A stretch of DNA of 64,000 bases from Gammaproteobacteria bacterium (GCA_018674175.1 JABHAT010000016.1:131440-195439), one strand, 5' to 3'; shown: positions 43,122-51,478, counted from the first letter of the stretch. A program made the numbers and translations. Notes: generated by a model not told the origin, from the letters alone.

Positions 43122-44771
43122 ATGTTATCAAATATTTATATCAAAAATTTTGCAATTATTGATGAAATAGAAATTGATTTTTATAAAAATATGTCAGTTC
43201 TCACAGGAGAAACTGGTGCTGGGAAGTCTATCCTAATAGATGCTATCAATGTAGTGCTTGGAAACAAGAAAACAAAAAAAATATCCCGAAATGAAGATTT
43301 AGATACAGATATTATATGTCACTTTAAAATATCAAATAAAAAGACTTTAGAGCTATTAAAAGAAAAAGATTTGTCAGACAATGATGAATGTATATTTAGA
43401 AGAAAAATAAATACAAAGAATATATCAAAAATATATATTAATGATAAACCGGTAACATCAGGAACCGCTAAAATGATTGGTGGTTGTATTATTGATATTC
43501 ATGGGCAGCATGAAAATCAATTAATATTATCAAATGACGAACAAAGGAATAGGCTCGATAACTTTATAGATATAAATAATGAAAAGGATTATATAAAAGA
43601 TATATTACTAGAAATAAATAATATAAAAAAAGAACTTTCAACATCTATAGTGAGTACTGACGAGTATGCAGAAAAGATATCTTTATTAGAGTTTGAAATA
43701 AACGAATTAGAGAATGAAGCAATTGATCCTATTGATTACAAAAAACTATCAGAAGAATTTAAAAAATTAAGTAATTCAGATCTAATTAATAATAAGCTTT
43801 ACGAATGTAAAAACTTAATTGAAAATGATGAAAACATAGATATTAATTCAATGCTATCAAACATAAATAAAAATCTAGAAGAAATTAAAAATATAGACGA
43901 AAGCTCTAGTGAAATTCTTGATATTAATATTGATATTTTAGATCAAGTAAAAAATCTTTCTAAGACTATAGATTTATATAGTAATTCTATTGATGATAAC
44001 AAGGAAAGGCTTATTTTTTTAAATGAAAAAATTTTATCACTTAATAATCTTGCTAGAAAATATGGAACTAATGAGAAAGATTTAATTTATGTACTAAATA
44101 AAAAAATTGATGAATTATATAATATTAAGAAAAACAGAAAAATTATTGAAGGTAGTGATAAAAAAATAAAAGAATGTATGGAAAGATATCATAGTGAAGC
44201 AGCTAAAATATCAAAAATTAGATATACAAAAGCCGCTATTTTAGAAAAAAATATTACTAGTGAGCTGAAAAAATTAGGCATGAGTGATTGTCAATTTAAA
44301 ATTGAAATTTTATCTGACAATAAATTAGTAAGTAAGAATGGTTACGATAAAGTTTCTTTTTTGATAAAAACAAATAAGAAATCAAACCTTCTTCCGTTAA
44401 ATGTTATCGCCTCTGGTGGTGAACTATCAAGATTAAGTTTGATTATTCAGCTAGAAACTAGATCTAATGATGATTGTGAAACTATGATCTTTGATGAAAT
44501 AGATACCGGCATTGGTGGGGCAACATCAGAAGTTCTTGGAAATCACCTCTCAGAACTTTCTGAAAAAACACAAGTTCTCTGCGTAACTCATTTAGCACAG
44601 ATTGCTGCTAAATCTAAACATCATTACCTTGTGTCTAAAGATAAGAATATTTCATCCACAAAACTTACATATTTGGATGGTGATATGAAAGTAAATGAAA
44701 TAGCTAGGATGATTGGTGGAATTAAATTAACCGATAAAACATTACAATTTGCAAAAGAACTTATTGACTAA
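43122..44771 (+). CDS. recN: DNA repair protein RecN
   Basis: SMC-like protein with an N-terminal Walker A (GETGAGKS), a long coiled-coil and a C-terminal signature/Walker B (LSGGELSRL...IFDEIDTGIGG). Confidence 0.9.
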   Translation: MLSNIYIKNFAIIDEIEIDFYKNMSVLTGETGAGKSILIDAINVVLGNKKTKKISRNEDLDTDIICHFKISNKKTLELLKEKDLSDNDECIFRRKINTKNISKIYINDKPVTSGTAKMIGGCIIDIHGQHENQLILSNDEQRNRLDNFIDINNEKDYIKDILLEINNIKKELSTSIVSTDEYAEKISLLEFEINELENEAIDPIDYKKLSEEFKKLSNSDLINNKLYECKNLIENDENIDINSMLSNINKNLEEIKNIDESSSEILDINIDILDQVKNLSKTIDLYSNSIDDNKERLIFLNEKILSLNNLARKYGTNEKDLIYVLNKKIDELYNIKKNRKIIEGSDKKIKECMERYHSEAAKISKIRYTKAAILEKNITSELKKLGMSDCQFKIEILSDNKLVSKNGYDKVSFLIKTNKKSNLLPLNVIASGGELSRLSLIIQLETRSNDDCETMIFDEIDTGIGGATSEVLGNHLSELSEKTQVLCVTHLAQIAAKSKHHYLVSKDKNISSTKLTYLDGDMKVNEIARMIGGIKLTDKTLQFAKELID

Positions 44772-44793
44772 AAAATTCTTTATTTAAACTAAA

Positions 44794-44937
44794 TTATTTT
44801 CTATCTTGTTTCTCTAAATCTCGTTTTTCTAAATCCTGTTTCTCTAAACGCTTAAATTCTATAACAGTCATTATAGCTCCCGCTATAGCAAGTGCAAAAC
44901 AGAAACAACCAGTAAAGAATATTAGTGGATCATCCAT
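44794..44937 (-). CDS. hypothetical small membrane protein (47 aa), third of a tandem trio
   Basis: Hand translation gives MDDPLIFFTGCFCFALAIAGAIMTVIEFKRLEKQDLEKRDLEKQDRK. It has one TM helix and a C-terminal LEK(R/Q)D repeat encoded by three copies of a ~13-bp direct repeat. Its start overlaps the previous ORF's stop (TAATTATGG). Confidence 0.3.
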   Translation of the reverse strand: MDDPLIFFTGCFCFALAIAGAIMTVIEFKRLEKQDLEKRDLEKQDRK

Positions 44938-44939
44938 AA

Positions 44940-45116
44940 TTAATCCTTTCTAGCTATTATTTTAAAATAAATAGCAAAAGTTAAGATTGATGGGATCCAT
45001 GTAGCAGTAAATAATGCCTCTTGTTTTGTATCAACACCTTGAAACCAAAGAAAAGCAGTTGTTACAAATGCAACTGCAACTGAAAGTAAAATACATATAT
45101 CTGAAATTTTCATCAT
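44940..45116 (-). CDS. hypothetical small membrane protein (58 aa), second of a tandem trio
   Basis: Hand translation gives MMKISDICILLSVAVAFVTTAFLWFQGVDTKQEALFTATWIPSILTFAIYFKIIARKD, with two TM helices. It is not in the ORF track (<60 aa). Confidence 0.35.
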   Translation of the reverse strand: MMKISDICILLSVAVAFVTTAFLWFQGVDTKQEALFTATWIPSILTFAIYFKIIARKD

Positions 45117-45137
45117 AATAAAATCCTGTTTAAAAAA

Positions 45138-45326
45138 TTAATCTTCATTCCAAAAAGCCCAAGAACCTATTAGCAAAAAAATTACTGTTAAAGATGCGTG
45201 CGCCCTAATACTTGTTTCTTGCGGCAACTCTATCAATAAAGGGACAACATTTATCATACCAAGTATAAGCCATATTAGCGCTAAAGAACCTAAGACAAGA
45301 GCCGCTATTCCAATTTTTCTTTTCAT
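45138..45326 (-). CDS. hypothetical small membrane protein (62 aa), first of a tandem trio downstream of fur
   Basis: MKRKIGIAALVLGSLALIWLILGMINVVPLLIELPQETSIRAHASLTVIFLLIGSWAFWNED has two TM helices. It lies 41 bp downstream of the fur stop on the same strand. Confidence 0.4.
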   Translation of the reverse strand: MKRKIGIAALVLGSLALIWLILGMINVVPLLIELPQETSIRAHASLTVIFLLIGSWAFWNED

Positions 45327-45367
45327 AAAATTTTTACTTTAACGTTTATATTTTAAAAAAAGAATTT

Positions 45368-45784
45368 CTATTCTTCGTCTGAGAACTCACCGTACAGGAT
45401 CATACTATGGTCTAATATTTTAAAATTGTGTATTTTTGCTAATTCTTTTTGCCTATTTTCTATTATCTCATCATAAAACTCAACTACCTTGCCAGTCTTA
45501 AGTGAAACCATATGATCATGATGATCGCCATGATTCAATTCAAAAACAGCTTGGCTATTGTTATCAGCATCAAAATGATGCCTTATAACAATTTTAGCAG
45601 TTTCAAACTGAGTAAGAACTCTATATACAGTAGCCAAACTAATAACTTCACCATCTCCAATAAGCTCTTTATATATATCTTCTGCTGACATATGGTGATT
45701 TGTAGCACTCTCTAACTTATTTAGTATTTTAACTCTAGGTAATGTTGTCTTTAGTCCCGCATTTTTTAATTCTAAATTACTCAT
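45368..45784 (-). CDS. fur: ferric uptake regulator Fur (start taken at MSNLELK; the track ORF extends to 45823)
   Basis: Aligns along its length with E. coli and P. aeruginosa Fur (TLPRVKIL, HHMSAEDIYK, ATVYRVLTQFE, HHDHMVSL.TGKVVEF). It has no cysteines, like Pseudomonas-type Fur. Confidence 0.85.
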   Translation of the reverse strand: MSNLELKNAGLKTTLPRVKILNKLESATNHHMSAEDIYKELIGDGEVISLATVYRVLTQFETAKIVIRHHFDADNNSQAVFELNHGDHHDHMVSLKTGKVVEFYDEIIENRQKELAKIHNFKILDHSMILYGEFSDEE

Positions 45785-45830
45785 AATTACTATATTATCC
45801 TTAAATAGATAAACAATAAACAAAAAAATA

Positions 45831-46760
45831 ATGAAAATTCTGTTTTTAATTTTAATACAAATGGCAATGATTATAGTATCTGGATGCCAGCTGCTTCCAG
45901 ATAATGCGCAATTAAAAAGCTACAGAGTACTAGTTCAGCAAGGGAATGTAATAGATGAGAGCAAAGTTGATTCGTTGAAAATCAATATGACAAAAGAACA
46001 GGTAATTTTTTTAATGGGCGAACCAGTTGTAAATAATATTTTTGACAAAGAAAGATGGGATTATGTTTATTATAAAAAAAGAGATCCAGAAGAAACCCAA
46101 CTAAATATAGTGAGTATATTTTTTAAAGATGAAAATATTTATAGTATGAAAAAAATCACAAAAAATGATGACGGGTTATTTGATGTTAAAGCAAATTCAA
46201 AAAATGATTTGCCAGAATTTGTAAATGATGAAGAAGCAATAGCATTAAAAAAAGAAATATTCGACAAAATAAAACTAGAAGGAACCAAAGATAAAGATAC
46301 CAATAACAAAAAAATAGATGGGAACAAAAATAAAATCAGCAAAGAAAGAAAAAATATTATAAAAGATGAGTTATCTTTAGTCACTAATAAAAAAAGAAAA
46401 AATGATAGTGAAGTAGTTCGTGAAATAATACTGGAGTGGGCGAAATCATGGCAAAATAAAAACTTAGATAAGTATTTTTCATATTACTCAACTAATTTTA
46501 CGTTAGGTTATTTTGAAGACAATGAATTATGGAAAAAAGATAGAATAAAAAGGATATCTAGCAAGAATAAGATTAAAATTTTAATAAAAGACTTGTCAAC
46601 TGAATTTATCATAGGTGATGAAGAAAAAGCGTTTGCAACATTTAAGCAAGAGTATATCTCTGAAAGTTATTCCGATGAGGTCATAAAAAAAATTACACTT
46701 ATAAAAAATAATGACATGTGGCTAATAGAATCAGAAGAACTCATAGATGGAAAATATTAG
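45831..46760 (+). CDS. bamE: BamE (OmlA/SmpA)-like outer-membrane lipoprotein with a long C-terminal extension carrying an NTF2/SnoaL-like domain
   Basis: Lipobox IIVSGC at the N-terminus, then the BamE core (YRVLVQQGNVIDESKVDSLKINMTKEQVIFLMGEP). A K/D/N-rich low-complexity linker follows, then ~115 aa EIILEWAKSWQNKNLDKYFSYYSTNF...NNDMWLIESEE. Divergent from fur as omlA-fur in Pseudomonas. Confidence 0.7.
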   Translation: MKILFLILIQMAMIIVSGCQLLPDNAQLKSYRVLVQQGNVIDESKVDSLKINMTKEQVIFLMGEPVVNNIFDKERWDYVYYKKRDPEETQLNIVSIFFKDENIYSMKKITKNDDGLFDVKANSKNDLPEFVNDEEAIALKKEIFDKIKLEGTKDKDTNNKKIDGNKNKISKERKNIIKDELSLVTNKKRKNDSEVVREIILEWAKSWQNKNLDKYFSYYSTNFTLGYFEDNELWKKDRIKRISSKNKIKILIKDLSTEFIIGDEEKAFATFKQEYISESYSDEVIKKITLIKNNDMWLIESEELIDGKY

Positions 46761-47038
46761 TTTCTTTGAAATTTAAATTTTCTTTTTTCATTGGGACTCA
46801 TTTTTAAATTATCAAAAATCTCAATCCTGTCTTCTTCTTTAATTACATAACTAGAATTAACTATTTCACCAAAACAACCAAAAAATTTATTTGAAAGAAA
46901 TTTCTCTGAAAATATTGAACCCTTTATTAGCGATAACTTTAAATCATTTAATGTCAGGTTTTCTTTAAACTTAATTTTACTCTTTAAGATTTTATTATTA
47001 GAACTAATATAAATAATTTCAATATATTTTTTTATCAT
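46757..47038 (-). CDS. ratB: RnfH-family protein (RatB/YfjF-like, UPF0125)
   Basis: 93 aa. IEIIY...LTLNDLKLS...DRIEIFDNLKMSPNEKRK parallels E. coli YfjF, and the gene sits next to ratA. Confidence 0.7.
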   Translation of the reverse strand: MIKKYIEIIYISSNNKILKSKIKFKENLTLNDLKLSLIKGSIFSEKFLSNKFFGCFGEIVNSSYVIKEEDRIEIFDNLKMSPNEKRKFKFQRN

Positions 47039-47039
47039 T

Positions 47040-47456
47040 TTACTTCATAGATTCGCTAACAAAAGCACTTACAAGATAATTAGTTATTTTTTCAAGTGAT
47101 TTTGTCACTGTATACTCAACTATTTTATTTTCTGCCTCATAATTTATGGTTAAGAATATTATGGTTTTATTGTCAATTTCTTTAAATTCCCACTTACCAT
47201 CTAGCTTTTTGAACGGCCCATCAATAAGAACCATTTCTATAGATTCATTGCCATTTATTTTATTTCGTGTTGTAAATGATGTCGTTAAACCTTTCAAATT
47301 AAAATTTAGTTTTGCTTCCATCTCGTTGCTTTCTTCAAAAATTATTTTTGAATCTACACAATATGGAACAAAATTTTTGTACAAATCTACATTGTTTACA
47401 ATATTAAATACTGTTTTTTTGTCTTTAAGTATTATTGCTTCTTTTTTTATTAACAT
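47040..47456 (-). CDS. ratA: SRPBCC-family ribosome-association toxin RatA (YfjG/Coq10-like); start taken at the second Met
   Basis: LKGLTTSFTTRNKINGNESIEMVLIDGPFKKLDGKWEFKEI closely matches E. coli RatA (...KTFTTRNQL...LVDGPFKKLIGGWKF). Confidence 0.8.
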   Translation of the reverse strand: MLIKKEAIILKDKKTVFNIVNNVDLYKNFVPYCVDSKIIFEESNEMEAKLNFNLKGLTTSFTTRNKINGNESIEMVLIDGPFKKLDGKWEFKEIDNKTIIFLTINYEAENKIVEYTVTKSLEKITNYLVSAFVSESMK

Positions 47457-47463
47457 TTTTTTA

Positions 47464-48840
47464 TTATAAAACACCGTCTATACTGAAACCTAATGCATTT
47501 AACATTACCATTATCACAGCTATTGGTGCTATAAATCTTGCTGAGAAATACCATATATATCTTAGTATGTTTGACTTAATATTAAGTTCTTTATTTATAC
47601 TTTCTTTTGATATTAGCCAACTTACGTATATCGTTATCATTATACCGCCTAATGGAAGTAATATATTCGACGTTAAATAATCTAACGTTTCAAAAATATT
47701 CATATTAAATATCTTTATTTCAGACCCAACATTAAAAGATATTATTGTTCCGATACCAAGAAGCCAAGCTAATCCTGAAGATATAGTTGCCGCCTGAATT
47801 CTAGTTAGGTTATATTTTTCTATCATCCAAATTATCATTGGCTCAATAAGTGATATAGATGAAGTCCATGCTGCAAAAATTAATAGTATAAAAAATAATG
47901 TTCCAAAAAGCTGCCCACCTGGCATAGCCCCAAACGCTACCGTTAAGGTTTGAAATATTAAACCTGGTCCTTGGGTCATTTCTAAACCACTTGAGATTAC
48001 GATTGGGAAAATTGCTAATCCTGCAAGTAGTGCTACTAATGTATCTAAAGAAGCTACTATTACACAAGTCTTAGGTATAGATATATCACTTGATAAATAT
48101 GATCCATAAACCATCAATGCTCCCATTCCAAGACTTAAGCTAAAAAAAGCTTGCCCCATGGCTATCAAAATAGTTTTCCATGTCACTTGGCTAAAATCTG
48201 GGTACAACATAAATTCAACGCCACCTACAAAATCACCTTCAATTGCAGAGAAAATAACTAACGCTAATAATAAAACTAGCAATGCTGGCATTAATCTTAT
48301 TACAGCACTTTCTAATCCTGACTTAACTCCTTTTGAAACGACTATCGCTGTCATAATAGAAAAAATTGTATGCCATGCTAATAATCTTTCTGGGTCAGAA
48401 ACAAAATTATTAAACATTAAGGTTGCGCCTACTGCATCAATATTATTTATTACGCCAAATGCTGCCCTTGTAGCATAAGCCATAGTCCAACCAGCAATCA
48501 CACTATAATAAGATAAAATTAATATCCCTGCTAAAATTCCAATTAAACCAATTACTCTCCAATTTTTTGATCTGTTTTCTTTCTCCGATATATACTTTAT
48601 TGATGCAATAGGATTTAGCCTCCCCCTTTTACCAAGATAAACTTCAGCTAACATTATTGGGATTCCAATAAACATGACGCACAAAATATAAATTAATACA
48701 AATGCTCCTCCTCCGTTTTCTCCAGTAATATAAGGAAATTTCCAAATATTACCTAAGCCCACAGCAGAACCTGTGGCGGCTAATATAAAAGCCGTTCTTG
48801 AAGACCATTCGCCATGCGATGAAGTTCTGTTTATTGCCAT
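47464..48840 (-). CDS. sodium-dependent transporter, neurotransmitter:sodium symporter (SNF/NSS) family
   Basis: SRTAFILAATGSAVGLGNIWKFPYITGENGGGAFVLIY... is the canonical NSS N-terminal signature. 458 aa with ~11-12 TM helices. Confidence 0.85.
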   Translation of the reverse strand: MAINRTSSHGEWSSRTAFILAATGSAVGLGNIWKFPYITGENGGGAFVLIYILCVMFIGIPIMLAEVYLGKRGRLNPIASIKYISEKENRSKNWRVIGLIGILAGILILSYYSVIAGWTMAYATRAAFGVINNIDAVGATLMFNNFVSDPERLLAWHTIFSIMTAIVVSKGVKSGLESAVIRLMPALLVLLLALVIFSAIEGDFVGGVEFMLYPDFSQVTWKTILIAMGQAFFSLSLGMGALMVYGSYLSSDISIPKTCVIVASLDTLVALLAGLAIFPIVISSGLEMTQGPGLIFQTLTVAFGAMPGGQLFGTLFFILLIFAAWTSSISLIEPMIIWMIEKYNLTRIQAATISSGLAWLLGIGTIISFNVGSEIKIFNMNIFETLDYLTSNILLPLGGIMITIYVSWLISKESINKELNIKSNILRYIWYFSARFIAPIAVIMVMLNALGFSIDGVL

Positions 48841-48878
48841 TAGTCAGTTTTATTTATTATGTTAATATTATAGATACT

Positions 48879-49361
48879 ATGGGACAAAGAACTAAAAATA
48901 CAGAAAATATTATAGCTGTCAACAAAAAAGCTACTCACGATTATTTTATTCTTGATAAATTGGAGGCTGGAGTTGTTCTAGAAGGCTGGGAAGTAAAGGG
49001 AATTAGAGCCTTGAAGGTACAGATAAAAGAAGCATATGTTAAAATAATTAGGGGTGATGTTTTACTTATAGGCTCTAATATAACAGCCCCTTCTTTCATA
49101 AACAAAGATACTGTTAAGAATCCTACTCGTACAAGAAAGCTTCTTTTGAATCAAAAAGAAATAAACACTTTAATAGGTAAGGTTAAAAAAGAAGGATTAA
49201 CACTAATACCTCTTTCACTTTATTGGAATAATAATAAAGTGAAATTGAGATTAGGTGTTGCTAAAGGTAAAAAGAAATTTGACAAAAGACAATCAGAAAA
49301 AAATAAAGATTGGGCTATTGAAAAAAGTCGAGTTGCTAAAACTAAATTAAGAAGTAATTAA
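48879..49361 (+). CDS. smpB: SsrA-binding protein SmpB (start taken at MGQRTKN; the track ORF starts at 48798)
   Basis: 160 aa from the internal Met, with ATHDYFIL, GWEVKG and RKLLLNQKEI motifs. The longer track ORF would overlap the divergent transporter start. Confidence 0.85.
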   Translation: MGQRTKNTENIIAVNKKATHDYFILDKLEAGVVLEGWEVKGIRALKVQIKEAYVKIIRGDVLLIGSNITAPSFINKDTVKNPTRTRKLLLNQKEINTLIGKVKKEGLTLIPLSLYWNNNKVKLRLGVAKGKKKFDKRQSEKNKDWAIEKSRVAKTKLRSN

Positions 49362-49577
49362 TTAATCTCTATTACAAGAAAAAACTTCTACCTCTAAGTT
49401 TAAGCCTGACAATTTAACCCCTTCGATGCAATCAGTATAGTTACTATATTCACCAATAACACCGTTACTTCCTGTGGCAACCCAGTTTCCTGAATCTTCA
49501 CTATATTTTAAGTATCCCCAAAAAACTACTATTAACAAGATTATTAACATAAATACTTTATCCATCTGATTTCCCAC
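49362..49577 (-). CDS. hypothetical small secreted/membrane protein (71 aa; likely start at MDKVF)
   Basis: N-terminal hydrophobic segment VFMLIILLIVVFWGYL followed by a polar domain with two Cys. It lies 31 bp downstream of dnaQ on the same strand. Confidence 0.3.
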   Translation of the reverse strand: MGNQMDKVFMLIILLIVVFWGYLKYSEDSGNWVATGSNGVIGEYSNYTDCIEGVKLSGLNLEVEVFSCNRD

Positions 49578-49608
49578 CTTTAATTATTATTAGAATTAGA
49601 ATATTATA

Positions 49609-50334
49609 TCAAATCTTTGAGATATTCCAAATACATCTACCGTCAGAAGCTTTATCTATTTTATTACATAATTCATTGTGCTCTCTAAGCTCATTATCAT
49701 CAGCCATCTGAACTACAAAGTGATCTGTATTTTTCTTTTCGTACACGTTACGCTTTTTACTATTACTTTCTTTAACTAAATCAAAGGAAGTTTGACCACC
49801 GGTCATTGCAAGATAAACATCACCAAGTATTCTTGCATCTAATAATGCGCCATGAAAGTCTCTAGATGAATTGTCAACACTATATCTTTTACACAAAGCA
49901 TCTAGGTTATTTTTTTGACCGGGATGTAATTTTCTTGCATAAACTAGCGTATCAAATATATTGCAAATCTTATTAATCTCAATTTTGTGTTTTGATTTCT
50001 TATACTCATGTTCTAAAAAACCAATGTCAAAAGGAGCATTATGAATAATTAATTCTGCACTACCAATAAACTCTAACAAATCATCTTTAACATCTTTAAA
50101 TAAAGGTTTATCTTGCAAAAATTCGTTTGTAATTCCATGAATACTAATTGCTCCTTGATCAATTTCTCTTTGCGGATTCAAATACTGATGGAACTTTCTT
50201 CCAGTAAATTTTCTATCAATAATTTCTATACAACCTATCTCTATTATCTTATGATTTCTTGTGACATCAAGGCCTGTTGTTTCTGTATCCAAAATAATTT
50301 TTCTACTCATACTATATTTTTTCACCGTATTCAA
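49609..50334 (-). CDS. dnaQ: DNA polymerase III subunit epsilon (3'-5' proofreading exonuclease); alternative start at 50310
   Basis: RKIILDTETTGLD (Exo I), HNAPFDIGFL (Exo II) and ...HGALLDARIL (Exo III) motifs in a 241 aa protein. Confidence 0.85.
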   Translation of the reverse strand: MNTVKKYSMSRKIILDTETTGLDVTRNHKIIEIGCIEIIDRKFTGRKFHQYLNPQREIDQGAISIHGITNEFLQDKPLFKDVKDDLLEFIGSAELIIHNAPFDIGFLEHEYKKSKHKIEINKICNIFDTLVYARKLHPGQKNNLDALCKRYSVDNSSRDFHGALLDARILGDVYLAMTGGQTSFDLVKESNSKKRNVYEKKNTDHFVVQMADDNELREHNELCNKIDKASDGRCIWNISKI

Positions 50335-50758
50335 TTATTGCAAGATTTGCTAATTCATCAGCCATCTCATTTCCAGTATTACCGCTGTGTCCTTTTACCC
50401 ATTTCCATTCAACTACGTGAAAAGAATTAAGTTTATCAATTAATTTCCATAGATCAATATTCTTTACTTCTTTTTTATTAGAATTCTTCCAGTTATTTTT
50501 TTTCCAACCATCAATCCAAATAGTAATTCCATTCAAAACATATTTAGAGTCAGTATATATAACAACTTTTGATTTTTCTTTTAAAACGTCTAATGCTCTA
50601 ATAGCGGCTGTTAGCTCCATCCGATTATTTGTTGTATTTTCATCATAACCATATATTTTCTTATTTATATCTTTATATTCAAGTATAGCTCCCCAACCTC
50701 CCACACCAGGATTTCCCTTACAGGCTCCATCAGTATAGATAATCACATCACTCTTCAT
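50312..50758 (-). CDS. rnhA: ribonuclease HI
   Basis: IYTDGACKGNPGVGGWGAIL, ...TNNRMELTAAI... and ...GHSGNTGNEMADELA motifs. 148 aa. Confidence 0.9.
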   Translation of the reverse strand: MKSDVIIYTDGACKGNPGVGGWGAILEYKDINKKIYGYDENTTNNRMELTAAIRALDVLKEKSKVVIYTDSKYVLNGITIWIDGWKKNNWKNSNKKEVKNIDLWKLIDKLNSFHVVEWKWVKGHSGNTGNEMADELANLAIIEYGEKI

Positions 50759-51473
50759 AATTATTCTGTATTATTGGTTTAGGAAATTTTCCCAGTACAA
50801 TATTATCTCTTTTATGCCAATCTTTAACAGAAATAAATTTATACGTTTTTTTACTTGCAAAAAATACATAACTATTTCCAAAATAGTTTATTTTTGAAAA
50901 AATATTGTTATTAAGAAATGTCAAATATTTTATAATTTTTTTATTTTTTAAAGGAGGTATTTTATTAATATTAAATATCTGCTTTACTTCAAGGGAAAAT
51001 AATGACATCCAATCAGACAACCTGCCAATGTTTAAATAATTTTTATTTCTAAAAATTGAATTTATCGGTAAAAAGCTATATATTCCTAAAAAACTTAATC
51101 TATTAAATCCTGCTACAATAATTTTTCCTTCATCTGTCAAAACTCTATCAATCTCTCTAAAAGCTCCATGTGGATTCTCATTCATATCAAGCGAATGTAT
51201 TAAAACCACAAAATCTATCGATGCATCTTGAAAGGGAAGCTTTTGTATTTCTGCTTTTATATCGGCATTATTAAAAGAAGATATAAAAAAGCTATTGAAA
51301 CTATAATTATCATTCATTATTTTCTTCACAATAGAGTGTGGACCAAAATATATAATTTTTTTATCACTAGTTACATAAAATACTTTGCTAATAGCGTCAG
51401 TAATTAGCTTAGAGTTAATATCTCCAGCTTTCGTTTTGTACCATTTATTAATTTCTGAGGGTTTAAAGTTCAT
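50748..51473 (-). CDS. class I SAM-dependent methyltransferase (YafS-like)
   Basis: 241 aa directly upstream of rnhA, where E. coli has yafS. An MTase-like fold (...IIYFGPHS..., ...DFVVLIHSLD...) but the motifs are degenerate. Confidence 0.6.
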   Translation of the reverse strand: MNFKPSEINKWYKTKAGDINSKLITDAISKVFYVTSDKKIIYFGPHSIVKKIMNDNYSFNSFFISSFNNADIKAEIQKLPFQDASIDFVVLIHSLDMNENPHGAFREIDRVLTDEGKIIVAGFNRLSFLGIYSFLPINSIFRNKNYLNIGRLSDWMSLFSLEVKQIFNINKIPPLKNKKIIKYLTFLNNNIFSKINYFGNSYVFFASKKTYKFISVKDWHKRDNIVLGKFPKPIIQNNYEE

Positions 51474-51478
51474 ATCAA

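Noticed and set aside
49362-49608. Looked for ssrA (tmRNA) immediately after smpB, as in E. coli
   Set aside because: No tRNA-like acceptor or T-arm or resume-codon region is recognisable. The space is occupied by a small minus-strand ORF.
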